From positions 1 to 64,000 of the forward strand of contig JAVJWO010000010.1 of NCBI GenBank assembly GCA_040222015.1: DNA of 64,000 nt, in the 5' to 3' direction. Position numbers and translations under genes: made by a program. The DNA is from Coleofasciculus chthonoplastes F2-STO-03. GTDB lineage: Bacteria > Cyanobacteriota > Cyanobacteriia > Cyanobacteriales > Coleofasciculaceae. This document shows, one piece after another, positions 63,233 through 64,000 of the stretch. The notes beneath the pieces were generated by a model. The model made no database searches, had not been told where the DNA came from, and worked only from the letters and a program-made list of their open reading frames with translations. The stretch's first letter is position 1, and every line of letters begins with the position of its first letter.

Positions 63233-64000
63233 ATGACAAATTACCAATCACCCGTTCGCCTCGCTCTCCCCAGTAAAGGAGCGCTGGAACGCTCGACAAG
63301 CAGCCTCCTGTCAGCCTGTGGAATGAGTGTCTTTAGACCCAGCGATCGCCAATATTTCGGCTCGATTCCTTCACTCCCTCAAATTAATGTACTTTTCCAA
63401 CGGGCTGCTGATATTTTCACCAAAGTTGAAGAAGGTAGCGTTGACCTAGGAATTACTGGCTATGATGTCGTCTGTGAAGAAGGCGTGGGTCATGATAATG
63501 TCGTGGTTATTCATGACCGTTTGGGTTACGGTAAATGCAAACTGGTATTAGCTGTTCCCGAAAGTTGGGTCGATGTATCCTCGATTGAAGATTTAGCCGA
63601 ACTCACCCTTCTATTTAAAGAAAAAGGAAAAAACCTAAGAATTGCCACGAAATATCCCAATCTGACCAGAGATTGGTTGTATGAAAAGCTCATCGTAAAC
63701 TTTTCCCTAGTCTCCGTCCAAGGTGCTATGGAAGCCGCGCCCAGTATGGGGTATGCGGACATGATTGCTGATGTCACCAGTACGGGAACTACCCTACGAG
63801 AAAACCGCTTAAAGCGGATTGCTGGTGGCACACTGTTAAAGTCCCAAGCCTGTCTGATTGGCAACAAACGATTACTTCAAGAGGATTCGATAAAACTGGA
63901 CACAACCAAAACGATCTTGGAATTAATTGAGGCAAATCTGAATGCGAAAAAATATGTCTCAATCACGGCAAATGTTCGGGGTCAATCAGCCGATGAGATT
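63233..64000 (+). CDS. hisG: ATP phosphoribosyltransferase, long form; runs off the window
   Basis: VRLALPSKG, DLGITGYD, RIATKYP, ADVTSTGTTLRENRL; still open at the window end after ~256 codons. Confidence 0.92.
   Translation, partial: MTNYQSPVRLALPSKGALERSTSSLLSACGMSVFRPSDRQYFGSIPSLPQINVLFQRAADIFTKVEEGSVDLGITGYDVVCEEGVGHDNVVVIHDRLGYGKCKLVLAVPESWVDVSSIEDLAELTLLFKEKGKNLRIATKYPNLTRDWLYEKLIVNFSLVSVQGAMEAAPSMGYADMIADVTSTGTTLRENRLKRIAGGTLLKSQACLIGNKRLLQEDSIKLDTTKTILELIEANLNAKKYVSITANVRGQSADEI

Noticed and set aside
63526..63867. Minus-strand 113-aa ORF
   Set aside because: Antisense shadow of hisG

Overview
This is a chromosomal window from a filamentous cyanobacterium, inferred from frequent HIP1 octamers (GCGATCGC), 7-bp STRR-type tandem repeats and genes such as sasA, hli and a ccaA-like carbonic anhydrase. 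Core genes include dusA, mnmA, sat, ftsH, rpoD/sigA, purQ/purS, zur, a GH57 enzyme, sasA, a hisS/hisZ-like gene and hisG. The intergenic regions are dense in REP-like palindromes and MITEs. The main accessory feature is a ~21-kb envelope/signalling locus (17.9-38.4 kb). It encodes a TpsB transporter, two PEP-CTERM proteins sharing a conserved 77-bp upstream element, a 2115-aa TpsA with 54-aa variable repeats, an exported TPR-CHAT protease, a DUF928 protein, a CHASE2 kinase and a NarL-type regulator. Features absent from the ORF track include an hli gene with an HLR1 box, a 5' group II intron-like RNA fragment, an orphan TnpB C-terminus with its IS right end, and the open-ended hisG. The window also holds an RT remnant, a low-GC ABC-ATPase/TOPRIM pair and several toxin-antitoxin remnants. 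Family assignments come from recognising motifs by eye; no database searches were run.
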